A DNA stretch of 64,000 nt, taken from Octopus vulgaris. Lineage: Eukaryota. Below are positions 24,601-33,908 of the stretch, one piece after another (position 1 is the stretch's first letter; every line of letters begins with the position of its first letter). The notes under the pieces are model-generated. The model was not told the DNA's origin. It did no database searches and worked only from the letters and a program-made list of their open reading frames with translations. The translations under genes and the position numbers were made by a program. The stretch lies in assembly GCA_951406725.2 (NCBI GenBank), contig OX597816.1, positions 159,216,001 to 159,280,000 on the forward strand, in the 5' to 3' direction.

Positions 24601-27600
24601 AACGGAGTAAATACAAACTCCATACAGTATGTCCAATGTAAGTTAGGGACACATAAAAGTTGAAGTGGAATCAGAGGCAGATTAATGGAGAAGATAGACT
24701 TTACTGTTCTATATTTAAGAGATGAAGAATTACATATATTATTTACATTTCACGGATATTTGAACTCATCCTGTTTGTTGTTAACACAATGTTTCATCTG
24801 ATATACCCTCCAGCCTTCATCAGGTGTCTTGGGGAAATTTCGAACCTGGGTTCTCATTCCTAAGGTATTTTTTGATGTTATTATTATTATTACTATTATT
24901 ATTATTATTCAGGTCACTGCTTGGAATAGAACTCAGAATCTTGGGATTAGTAGCCCGCACTCTTAACCACTACGCCATATGCCTGTGGGCATATGGTGTA
25001 GTGGTTAAGAGTGCAGGCTGGAGAGTATATCAGCCGAAACGTTATGTTAACAACAAACAAAATGAGGACAAATATCTGTCAAATGTAAATTTTCATCTCT
25101 TAAATATAAAACTGTATATCCTTTTATACCCAGGTCAGTTTTGCCCAACTCCCCCTTCAAATTCAATAAAATATGCAACAGTCAATGTAGTGAGATCAAT
25201 ATCATGTATTCAACCAGACTATTGGATGTGTTATACATTGCTGATCATTATGTGCTTTGCATCGTTTTAGCTTTTGAATAATGCCATTCTGCTGATTCCT
25301 CTTATCCCTACTTTATCTCTTAGCTTACTTACACCACACTGCTCATGATCATCAACATTTTATTGTCTGTCTTCCATGCTGGCATGGGTCAGACAATTTG
25401 ACAGGAACTGGCAAGCCAGAGGACTGTACCATACTCCACTGTCTGTTTTGGTATGGTTCTCACAGCTGGATGCCCTTCCTAAAGCCAACCACACAGAGTG
25501 GACTGGGTGCTTTGTATGTGGCATCAGCACTGGCATGGTTTGCTTTGGTATGGTTTTCACAGATGGGTGCCCTTTCCAAACCCATCCAGCTCACACACAA
25601 ATTTATATACCCAATATCTATATCAAGTTTTAATGCAGTTAGTGGTTGCTATGGAAACAAAAATCACTTATTTCTGAATGATTGCTGAAACACAAAGATA
25701 ATAAAATGAAAGAATACCTCTGTTTTGATTTGGATAACTTTCATGTAATTTAAAATGAACCTTCTTCACATAATTTGATAAATCCTGAAAGAGAAAGTAA
25801 ACAATATTAAAACTATATTAATACTTTACATAATTTATAAAGCACTGAGATGTTAATTTCATTTTCAAAAATCAAAAATTATTAGCTTTTTCTTTTTTTC
25901 ATGTCTTCATTACAAGATAATTAATCCTGATTACTGAAAAGCTTAAACTGTTGCCATATCATAATCATCATCATTTAACACTTGTTTTCCATGCTGGAAT
26001 GGGTTAGCTTTGGTCAAACCTATTTCTTTACTACCCACAAGGGGCTAAACACAGAGGGGACAAACAAGGACAGACAAACGGATTAAATTGATTACATTGA
26101 CCCCAGTGCGTAACTGGTACTTAATTTATCGACCCCGAAAGGATGAAAGGCAAAGTCGACCTCGGCGAAATTTGAACTCAGAATGTAACGGCAGACGAAA
26201 TACGGCTACACATTTCGCCCGGCATGCTATAGTTTCTGCCGGCTCGCCGCCTTTGGTCAAACCATCAAACCCATGTCAGCATTGAAAATGGACATTAAAC
26301 GATGATGATGATGAGAAGGAGGAGGTTTTAAGTTTTACAGCAATCAGGATTAATTATCTGGGGATGAAGACACGAAACAAAAAAATCTAGGTGCAGGTGA
26401 TAGATATATGTGAGAGGGGGGTCAGTGTATCTTTGTGTCTGTACGTGTCCCCCACCACTGTTTGACAACCATTGTTGGTGCATCTATGTCCACGTAACCT
26501 AGCAGTTTGGAAAAAAAAACTGAGACTTAGAAGAGTACAAGGGCCGATTCATTTGATTAAAATTCAAGGCAGTGCTCTAGTATGACCACAGTCTAACGAC
26601 TGAAACAAGTAAAAGAAACTAAAAGAAAAGAAATAGTCACTTTCATGAAAACTTTTTTTTAAAAAAAGCATGAATTCTATTTATGCATTTCATTTTTATC
26701 AATCTCTCAAATTCATCATGCATAATAATTTTCTTCAATTTTCAAATCTGTTTGATGTGTTCAGTATTTGAAAGACTATTTCATGTTTATTTTTATATCG
26801 TAGCTCAAGGAAGAACAGCAGTGTCCATGACCTTTCGCAGAGCCTCCAGGGCTGGTGGCATCGAAATGGAGTAAGAAACCACTTCTCATATGCTTCAGCA
26901 CATCAAGGTATCAAAATAGAGTGGCTAAGGTTAAAAATAAAGTTAATTAATCTAAACAAACAGCTTCAGGGGGGAGGGGTTAAGTCAATCACATCAAACC
27001 CAGTACTCAACTGTCGTTACCGATCCCCAAAAGGAAGAAAGGCAAAGTCGACCTCAGCAGAATTTGAACCCAGAATGCAAAATAGATGAAATGCCACTCA
27101 GCATTTTGCTCAGCATGCTAACGATTCTGCCAATTCACTACCTTAGCTTTTTATGAAAGTATTAATCAAAAAGAAACCTAAAAGGAGTAAGGGTTGGATC
27201 ACTAATCACAAGAGCAAAAGTTCTGATCATTCTATAGTGAAGTAAAATAAAAGTATATTAGGTAGTGGGGGGGGGGGCTCCCCAAAAGGGGTCTCAGGGA
27301 GTAGCGTCCCTGCCTTCCTGAGCTAGCTTCTCACATTTCTTAAAAATTGTGGTAGAGGCCTTGGTCTCAGGACCACTCATGTCTAGAAACTGAGGCTGGG
27401 GATAAGCAAGAGCATGCTCCCCATAGAAAATCCAGCTCCAAAAAAGCCTCATGATAGCAAGGGAGAATGAGCATCAGCCAGCCTAAAGGTTGGAGTGGAC
27501 TGCACCTGACTACCTCAGTTGCTATGGCACTGAGGTAGATCTGGCCACGCCTGTTAACAGGGACAAAACTCAGATTTAAAACACTGGATGAGGATGATGA

Positions 27601-30600
27601 GTGAATAAGATATTTTGAAGCCCAGGAGTTCTGAGTTCTTATCTTTTATAAATGTTTTTCTGCCTTTATTGGAAGTATATGAAATTTTTCATTACCAAAG
27701 TCCACTTAATTCGTTTGTTTACTGCCCATTTTGCCATGCTAATATGGGTTATTTGAGGCAGGATATTTACAGCCAGACCCCTCTTCCTGTAGCCAACCCT
27801 TACTTGTTTTCCAAGGAAATGCTTTCTTATTCTGTAGGTCTTCGAAAGTACAGAGCAACTGGATGTGATATGAACAAGTTAGAGACAGCTGCAGTTGTGG
27901 AACATCAAAATTTATGCACACACACACATAAATGACAAGCTTTTTTCAGTTTTTTGTCAACAAAATTCACTTGCAATGCACTAGGACTGGAGGCAATAAT
28001 AGCAGACACTTGCCCAAGACATCAGGTAGTGAGACTGAACTTGAAACCAAGTGGTTACAAAGTGAAATTCTTAACCAAACATCCATGCCTGTACCTCAGG
28101 TATAGATACTAGATCTGGTATGGTTCAGTCTAACACTATGGATTCTAGTGATCCAGGAATGGATTAGTGAAGTTGTTCAGAAAGCTACACTAGACATGTT
28201 AAAAGATTTAGTATTGTTCTTGAAAGAGTTGCATTTAAATACCACATACAGAGTTGTTGCAGTCTAACCCTAGGCCAGGTCATGACTGTGCAGACCTACA
28301 ATCAAAGGCATACTAACCATGACTACCCTGTTTTATTTTCAAGCATAGTTTATCTTGAACTTTATATGTTTATTAATATAAGTCACGATATTGAACTATA
28401 CTGTGTCCTTCCATTTTTAAGATAGTAATCATTTGAGTGAGAATTAGCTGTTATTTCCAGCCACAGAGGGGCTCCTTCACTGACCAGCCTGACTTATTAA
28501 AATAAATATTGTGGAACAGTGAAATAAATATTGGGTATTTAATCTTTCTGTTACCATTTATCTGTTGAAATACACAGCATTTGCTTCAATTCATCATCAT
28601 CATCATCCTTTAACGTTCGCTTTCCATGCTAGCATGGATTAGATGATTTGACTGAGGACTGGCGAACCAGTTGGCTGCACCAGGCTCCAATCTTGATCTG
28701 GCAGAGTTTCTACAGCTGGATGCCCTTCCTAATGCCAACCACTCCGAGAGTGTAATGGGTGCTTTTACGTGCCACCGGCATGAGGGCCAGTCAGGCGGTA
28801 CTGGCAACAGTCAGGCTCAAATGGTGTTTTTTTTATGTGCCACCTGCACACTGGCACAAGTGCCAGAAAGGCGACACTGGTAATGATCATGCTCAAATGG
28901 TGCTTTTTATGTGCCACTGGCATGGATGTCAGTTAGCTCTGGCAATGATCATGCTCAGATGGTGCTCTTAGCACTCCACTTGCACGGATGCCAGTCATCG
29001 AATTTGATTAATTTTGAAAATTATGAAGTTATTAAAATATCTTAGTCATTATTTACCTGGTGTTAGAAACATAAATTAGCATGAAATTTTGATGGAAAAT
29101 TTTAATGAAGATTGCTCAAGAAAAGGACTTTTGTACTGTAGAAGCAAGAGTGGTTTTCAGGTAGGTTGGCATAAAATTGGTTAATATATATAGCCTCACT
29201 TCAAATGGTTCTTACACCAAAGAAAAAGACTAGTAAATTCTGATCAGGTTCTTAAATAACAAAGCAAAAATGTCTTACTTCATTTCGGAATGATTTTACA
29301 TAAACTGTCCATTGGTGAGTGTGGCCATCTTCTTCTCGCTTCTTCCCAAAGTATCGGGCAATATTTCCATAGACAATTGGCTTAATAATGGTCAGTCCCT
29401 GGAATAAGAAATGAAATCATAAGAAAGGTGTAACTGTGATAAGCTGATGCATGTTGACCAAAAGAACCTTATGTATTGTTGTTACTCAGCAAAGCCGTTC
29501 CAGCTGTGACCATCACAACTTTCTTTCAAACAAAGTGTATTCATTCTTTTACTTGTTTCAGTCATTTGACTGCGGCCATGCTGGAGCACCGCCTTTAGTC
29601 AAACAAATCGACCCCAGGATTTATTCTTTGTAAGCCTAGTACTTATTCTATCGGTCTCTTTTGCCAAACCACAAAGTTATGGGGACGTAAACACACCAAC
29701 ATCGGTTGTCAAGCGACACGCAAACACACACACACATATATTATATGGGCTTCTTTCAGTTTCCGTCTACCAAATCCACTCATAAGGCTTTGGTCGGTTC
29801 AAGGCTATAGTAGAAGACACTTGCCCAAAGTGCCATGCAGTGGAACTGAACCCGGAACCATGTGGTTGGTAAGCATGCTACTTACCACACAGTCACGGGA
29901 TTAAATTATTCAGTGTGTATGAGATTGCATAAAGGTTATGTCATTGTCTTGGAAGTTACAATACTCGGTGATAATACAAAATAATTATCCCCAAACAGCC
30001 CCAGCAAATTAAGGAGCAGGGCTGTTTTAGGCATAATATCAGGAAATTGGAAACGAATGAGAAAACTCTTATGTGGTCACTCGACCTGCTAAAAATAGTA
30101 GCCACAAACACCCTAATGTTTTCAGAAAGACATTGGATAATGTGGTCCTGGATATACTGTGAATAGGGTAATAGGTGGTATAGTCTAATATCAGAACTGT
30201 GGGTGAATGAAATGCTGTAAAATGAATACTTGCAAAGAATAAAACAAATTTCAAACAAGGGTTTCACATCAATAAATCTGAAGATTTTAGATTCATTCTC
30301 TAATATAGATGAGATTCAGAGAAGTCACACAACTTTAAACCTGTTAAACCCGTTGAATGAAATGCCTATTAGTTCTTGATTATTTGTTAAACAGACGAAG
30401 CAAAATACAAATAAACTGTTACAAAGAGGCTTTATCAAAGAGTAAGATGCATTTGAGAAGGTGTGACGTCCGTGCAAAGTTGGTTCAATCGTGGATCGAA
30501 ACTGGTTTCTCGGAGAAGCTAGGAGGGGATGTAACTCAAATTTACGTCGTAACTGTAACTCGGATAAAAAAATAGACAATGAAATAATTGCCGAATGTCA

Positions 30601-31179
30601 AGGAAGGGATAAAAAAAAACGTTTTAGAGAAGTTTATTCGACTTATTTAAGTATAAATTATCTGGAATATAACACTTAATATTTATATCAAATATACGAA
30701 TGACTAAACATTAACTTTCGCCTACAAAACCAAAAAATCAAACTACATTATATCAAATATCCTTAAATCCTTAAAAATGTTTTAGTCCGAAGGCCGTGGC
30801 CATGCTGGGGCACCACCGCTGGAAATTTTTAATAAACTAATTTTTTAAAATTGTTAATTTAGTTGTAAAAGTATATCGTTTTCATTACTTGGTATGAAAT
30901 CTTTTCGTTCCCTTTTTAAAGAATTTTCTAGTCAATGAATTGCTCAACAATTTTGTTATTAAGAAAAAAATTCGGGAATAAAATATGTGTTTTGAGTTAC
31001 GTAAAAAGAAAAAGGCTTGCCTCGTGTCATTTTAGATTTTATGCTTAAAAATTAAAGATTATCGGCAAATTATTGTGAAAAATTGTTAATCAAGATTAAC
31101 AGCAAGACGAAGTCTTCGAAAAGATAGGGAAAATATTTACCTTAATCCTTCCACCGGAGTCTGGTCCGAAGTCCCCCAT
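16866..31179 (-). CDS. YEATS4: YEATS domain-containing protein 4 (GAS41/Yaf9), complete: complement(join(16866..17245,18430..18517,20446..20538,24198..24292,25718..25784,29279..29398,31141..31179)), 293 aa
   Basis: Spliced translation [151 protein letters not shown]...-FEEKREK...[16 protein letters not shown] matches the YEATS4 sequence as I recall it. All six introns are GT-AG with consistent phases (882 nt total). Confidence 0.97.
18090..18320. repeat. Degenerate ~30-38-bp AT-rich minisatellite in YEATS4 intron 6
   Basis: Recurrent ca(c/t)caaatctatat..catttatatacat units. Confidence 0.55.
18430..18517 (-). CDS. YEATS4: YEATS4 coding exon 6
   Basis: ttgcag|ATG...GACT|gtaagt, 88 nt, [13 protein letters not shown]. 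Confidence 0.96.
20446..20538 (-). CDS. YEATS4: YEATS4 coding exon 5
   Basis: ttcag|GTA...TTG|gtaagt, 93 nt, [10 protein letters not shown]...EFYDEL. Confidence 0.97.
20642..20824. mobile_element. Tc1/pogo-type MITE
   Basis: TA-flanked imperfect TIRs taccatattttaac / gttaaaatacagta. A similar element lies at ~45003-45197 (ccgtattttc / gaaaatacg). Confidence 0.55.
21595..22068 (+). mobile_element. (GAT)n-tailed short retroposon (family C) with internal tandem ggcacgtaaaaagcacc units
   Basis: Core gagtggttggcgttaggaagggcatccagctgtagaaac...aacccatgctagcatggaaagc..cgttaaa(tga)n. Other copies at ~654-900(-), 1509-1830(-), 6092-6449(-), 8000-8233(+), 11145-11345(+), 13866-14164(+), 15855-16040(+), 16315-16592(-), 19446-19765(-), 21055-21240(+), 25347-25580(-), 28591-29005(-), 47232-47442(+), 48080-48348(+), 48381-48660(-), 50730-51100(-), 61280-61645(+), 63450-63665(+). 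Confidence 0.85.
24198..24292 (-). CDS. YEATS4: YEATS4 coding exon 4
   Basis: ttccag|TT...CCT|gtaagt, 95 nt, [13 protein letters not shown] acyl-lysine-binding motif. Confidence 0.97.
24702..25116. mobile_element. TA-flanked palindromic element with divergent tRNA-like heads and Penelope-type hammerhead motifs; right arm has a ~140-bp deletion
   Basis: Arms are reverse complements around 24985/24986. Termini tactgttctatatttaagagatga / tcatctcttaaatataaaactgta. A-box TGGCGTAGTGG and B-box-like GAGTTCTATTCC on the minus arm. Confidence 0.75.
24783..24828 (-). ncRNA. Minimal type I hammerhead ribozyme motif (degenerate copy)
   Basis: Minus strand gacac-CUGAUGA-a-ggcug-(loop)-cagau-GAAAC-auu-guguu. 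The opposite arm (25016-25048) keeps ggcug/cagcc stem II and GAAACGUU but has lost CUGAUGA. Confidence 0.6.
25718..25784 (-). CDS. YEATS4: YEATS4 coding exon 3
   Basis: ttcag|GAT...AGAG|gtatt, 67 nt, [13 protein letters not shown]. Confidence 0.96.
26020..26251 (-). mobile_element. Family A (Nin-type) SINE, young copy
   Basis: Near-identical to the copies at 35338-35560 and 43413-43643. Confidence 0.85.
29279..29398 (-). CDS. YEATS4: YEATS4 coding exon 2
   Basis: ttccag|GGA...GAA|gtaag, 120 nt, KPIVYGN...[10 protein letters not shown]. Confidence 0.97.
29545..29895 (-). mobile_element. tRNA-derived SINE with CORE-like segment (family B)
   Basis: Head ctgtgtggtaag..cttaccaaccacatggttccgggttcag, CORE-like gcac(c/t)ttgggcaagtgtcttc, tail gcatggccgcagtcaaatgactgaaacaag. 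Other copies at ~2003-2360(+), 23192-23552(+), 45560-45960(-), 59810-60222(-), 60362-60730(+). Confidence 0.85.
31141..31179 (-). CDS. YEATS4: YEATS4 coding exon 1 ([13 protein letters not shown])
   Basis: ATG at 31179-31177, donor AAG|gtaaat. Confidence 0.93.
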
Positions 31180-32094
31180 CACAGAAGTTATTTGTTAAAG
31201 AAGAAATCATAAGACAACACGAGTTCCACAGTGATTATTTATCAATTAGAACTAGTCAGAAAATATTAAATTAATGTTCTGAAAACAAGGAGGGAAAAAG
31301 ATTAAGGACAAAATTGAAATCTCTTGTGAAAAACCGCCTTTTACCTCAAGCTCAGAAATAATTCGTAAAAAAGCAGTGATGAGTTTAATTCATTAAGTGG
31401 GGTTTGTTTGTTTTTTATCTTTTATCCTACGTTATAATAATCGAGTTATTAAATAAACTTATTTTCCTGGGTTTAATAAAATGCTTATGTTTTGTATTTG
31501 AAATATCAAAATAATTTATAAATAGAGAGTGCCATTTCACAATCACATATACCACGCAACCATTGAATACGGGCATTCGGGCATTCAAACGAATGATAGA
31601 CGCAAAATACAGAAGAATGTAAGAATAAATCTTTAAAAAATGCTGTTTTTACTACGCTGGAAGATAGAAAATTATATCATATTAAAGAAAAGGAAAGACT
31701 TCCTCCCGTCCTTCCACTTTTCCTCGCAAATCATTATATTTTATTTGCCAAAAACCCACGTTTTCGGAAACGGAGATTCCGGAAAATTGTCAAAAATCGG
31801 AATTTTGAAATTGCTTGCCCCCCAGCCATCACTCCCTGCCCCCAATTTCTTCATTTTTCACTTTTTTCGTAACCCTAACCCTAACCCTAATCCTTTTGAT
31901 GTGAAGATCTTGCGGTTTTAATGTCTGAAACGGATTTCTTCTATAGTTTAGTCGAGTATCCCAAATACTGATATTACTTACAGGTACAGTAAATGTCTTG
32001 TGAGATATTGTCTTGTAAGAGAGAAACTCTAATGGCCATATCTGTTTTTTTTTATTTTAGTCTGTTATGATATTCTTTGATTACTCTATCTTTT

Positions 32095-32240
32095 GTTAGA
32101 AGCTCTATCTAGGAGTAGGATATTCTAATATAAAACTTGAGAATCAACCATCTATTGGTCGTACTAGCCAGTGGTGGGCCACCAGAAGGAAAGGTGTTCT
32201 AACCGAAAAGTTAAGTGTAGTTCTGTGCATGCCTCACTCA
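32095..32240 (+). pseudogene. Highly decayed LINE ORF1/gag-like zinc-knuckle fragment
   Basis: KLYLGVGYSNIKLENQPSIGR, then after a frameshift VGHQKERCSNRKVKC, resembling the pre-C2HC/CCHC region of LINE ORF1. Confidence 0.4.
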
Positions 32241-32370
32241 TTTCAGTAATTTTTATTGATTTCACAGTGTTTACCGTTTTACAAAATCAAATTAGGAAAC
32301 TGGACAAAACAGAGAACACAACTGAAAAAATTAAAAAGAAGGAGAGAGAGAGAAAGAAGAAAGAGAAAAA

Positions 32371-33074
32371 ATGGACCCCTTCCCAAATCAATTCACCATC
32401 TTGGGTTGAAAAGCTAGGGGCGCTGAGAAACCTTTCTAATGGCTATTGAGACACACTAGCACGCTTGCAGCGTCGCTGCGAGTGATGGTGAGGCTGATGC
32501 GCTGGAACTGCTAAGCGTCCTCACGAACTTCACCAGTTACCTCTGCACAATTTTCACAAACATGAAATTCTTGGGGGGAAAAAAACGCTGTAGAAATAAA
32601 TCCTGCAGCAATAAGGAGTTTTCGAAACATAGTGGCTTGTACTTGCAGCGGTTTTCACTCGGGGTGGGTTGCGCCGGCTCTGACCAACGAGTTCACCACG
32701 TTCTTACCGAATGCTGACCGTATCCGACGAGACAAATGTCCCTCTGGGGGAGTAAGCGCGTCGGATAACGTCGGCATTCGCTGTTGAGGTATAGAATTCA
32801 TGTTCGGTGTTTCAGTGGGAATACAAGTTCACATATGGTTCACGGTCACATGCATACACACTTTGGGATAGTGTGACCCGTAGCAACTCATCTTGCCGTC
32901 AATTGTCGACCGTCACAGAGGGTTAACTGATCAAGCCACCGCTGATTATCGGAGCAGACGTGATTGGGTTTGAAGCGGGTTCTAGAGACACGCTTTAACA
33001 AAATCTAAGGGGTGCCTCACTCCTAGTAGCCTTTCAGCACAAAGGACACCAACCCGGAATCTCTGAGGGTCCAT
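32371..33074 (+). ncRNA. Candidate ~700-nt highly structured RNA or structured mobile element of unknown family
   Basis: Ends pair (atggaccc/gggtccat; 32401-32416 with 33027-33042). At least eight internal helices, many with G-U pairs on the + strand. GC/CpG-rich relative to flanks. Confidence 0.5.
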
Positions 33075-33325
33075 GTTATTATTAGATTGTCGTTGAACCT
33101 ACACTAGTTTCATCCGTCTTGTTTTTAGGGCGGCGAGCTGGCAGAAACGCTAGCACGCCGGGCGAAATGCCTAGCGGTATTTCGTTCGTGCTAGCGTTTC
33201 TGCCAGCTCGCCGCCCTAAAAACAAGACGGATGAAACTAGTGTAGGTTCAACGACAATCTAACAATAACATGGACCCTCAGAGATTCCGGGTTGGTGTCC
33301 TTTGTGCTGAAAGGTTACTAGGAGT
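33019..33325. repeat. Near-perfect fold-back inverted repeat, 139-bp arms, 29-nt spacer
   Basis: 33019-33157 versus 33187-33325, with two mismatches seen by eye. Confidence 0.95.
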
Positions 33326-33327
33326 TA

Positions 33328-33712
33328 GGCGGCGAGCTGGCAGAAACGTTAGCACGTCGGACGAATTGCGTAGCCGTATTTTCTCTGCCGTTACGTTCTG
33401 AGTTCAAATTCCGCCGAGGTCGACTTTTCCTTTCATCCTTTCGGGGTCGATTAATTAAGTACCAGTTACGTACTGGGGTCGATGTAATCGACTTAATACC
33501 TATGTCTGTCCTTGTTTGTCCCCTCTGTGTTTAGCCCCTTGTGGGTAATAAAGAAATAGGTATTTCGTTTGTTATTATGTTCTGAGTTCAAATTCCGCCG
33601 AGGTCGACTTTGCCTTTCATCCTTTCGGAGTCGATAAATTAAGTACCAGTTACGCACTGGGGTCGATATAATCGACTTAATCCGTCTGTCTGTCCTTGTT
33701 TGTCTCCTCTGT
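33328..33712 (+). mobile_element. tRNA-derived SINE with Nin-type central domain (family A), near-consensus copy with duplicated 3' part
   Basis: ggcggcgagctggcagaaacgttagcac...gagttcaaattccgccgaggtcgactttgcctttcatcctttcggggtcgat..aagtaccag. Other copies at ~1200-1405(-), 2900-3050(-), 7388-7580(+), 7693-7905(+), 19135-19335(+), 22719-22925(+), 26020-26251(-), 26965-27142(-), 35338-35560(-), 36040-36253(-), 36288-36490(+), 37665-37822(+), 43413-43643(-), 48813-49025(+), 55870-56010(-). Confidence 0.85.
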
Positions 33713-33908
33713 GAAGATTGCAGAATTTAATGCATGAAAGTACTAGTTCAATCAGAATGAACATTTAACATTCTACTATTTTATTTTATTCTATTATATT
33801 ATATTATCTTATATTATATCATTATAAGATTGTAAATAAAACGTGAAAATCAGACAAGGTTGGAATTCCTTTTATTAATATATTCTTCTATACACAACCA
33901 CACACACA

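Noticed and set aside
24910-24985. Functional tRNA gene (and likewise the SINE heads at 2003, 2735, 33328)
   Set aside because: A/B boxes are present but the acceptor stem does not pair; these are tRNA-derived repeat heads
27530-27540. TGAGGTAG (let-7 5' end) in a hairpin
   Set aside because: Sequence diverges from let-7 after 8 nt and the stem is too short for a pre-miRNA
31279-31344. 66-nt 5' UTR intron of YEATS4 (GAG|gtaaaa ... ccttgttttcag)
   Set aside because: Plausible splice signals but cannot be supported without transcripts
32915-32930. TAACCCT on the minus strand as a telomerase RNA template
   Set aside because: Only 7 nt, and on the strand opposite to the one that folds with G-U pairs; no pseudoknot or H/ACA evidence seen
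32560-33020. RNase P/MRP identity for the structured element (gaaattcttgg pairing with ctaagggg)
   Set aside because: CR-I and CR-V consensus only loosely matched and the length is atypical; needs Infernal, so not called
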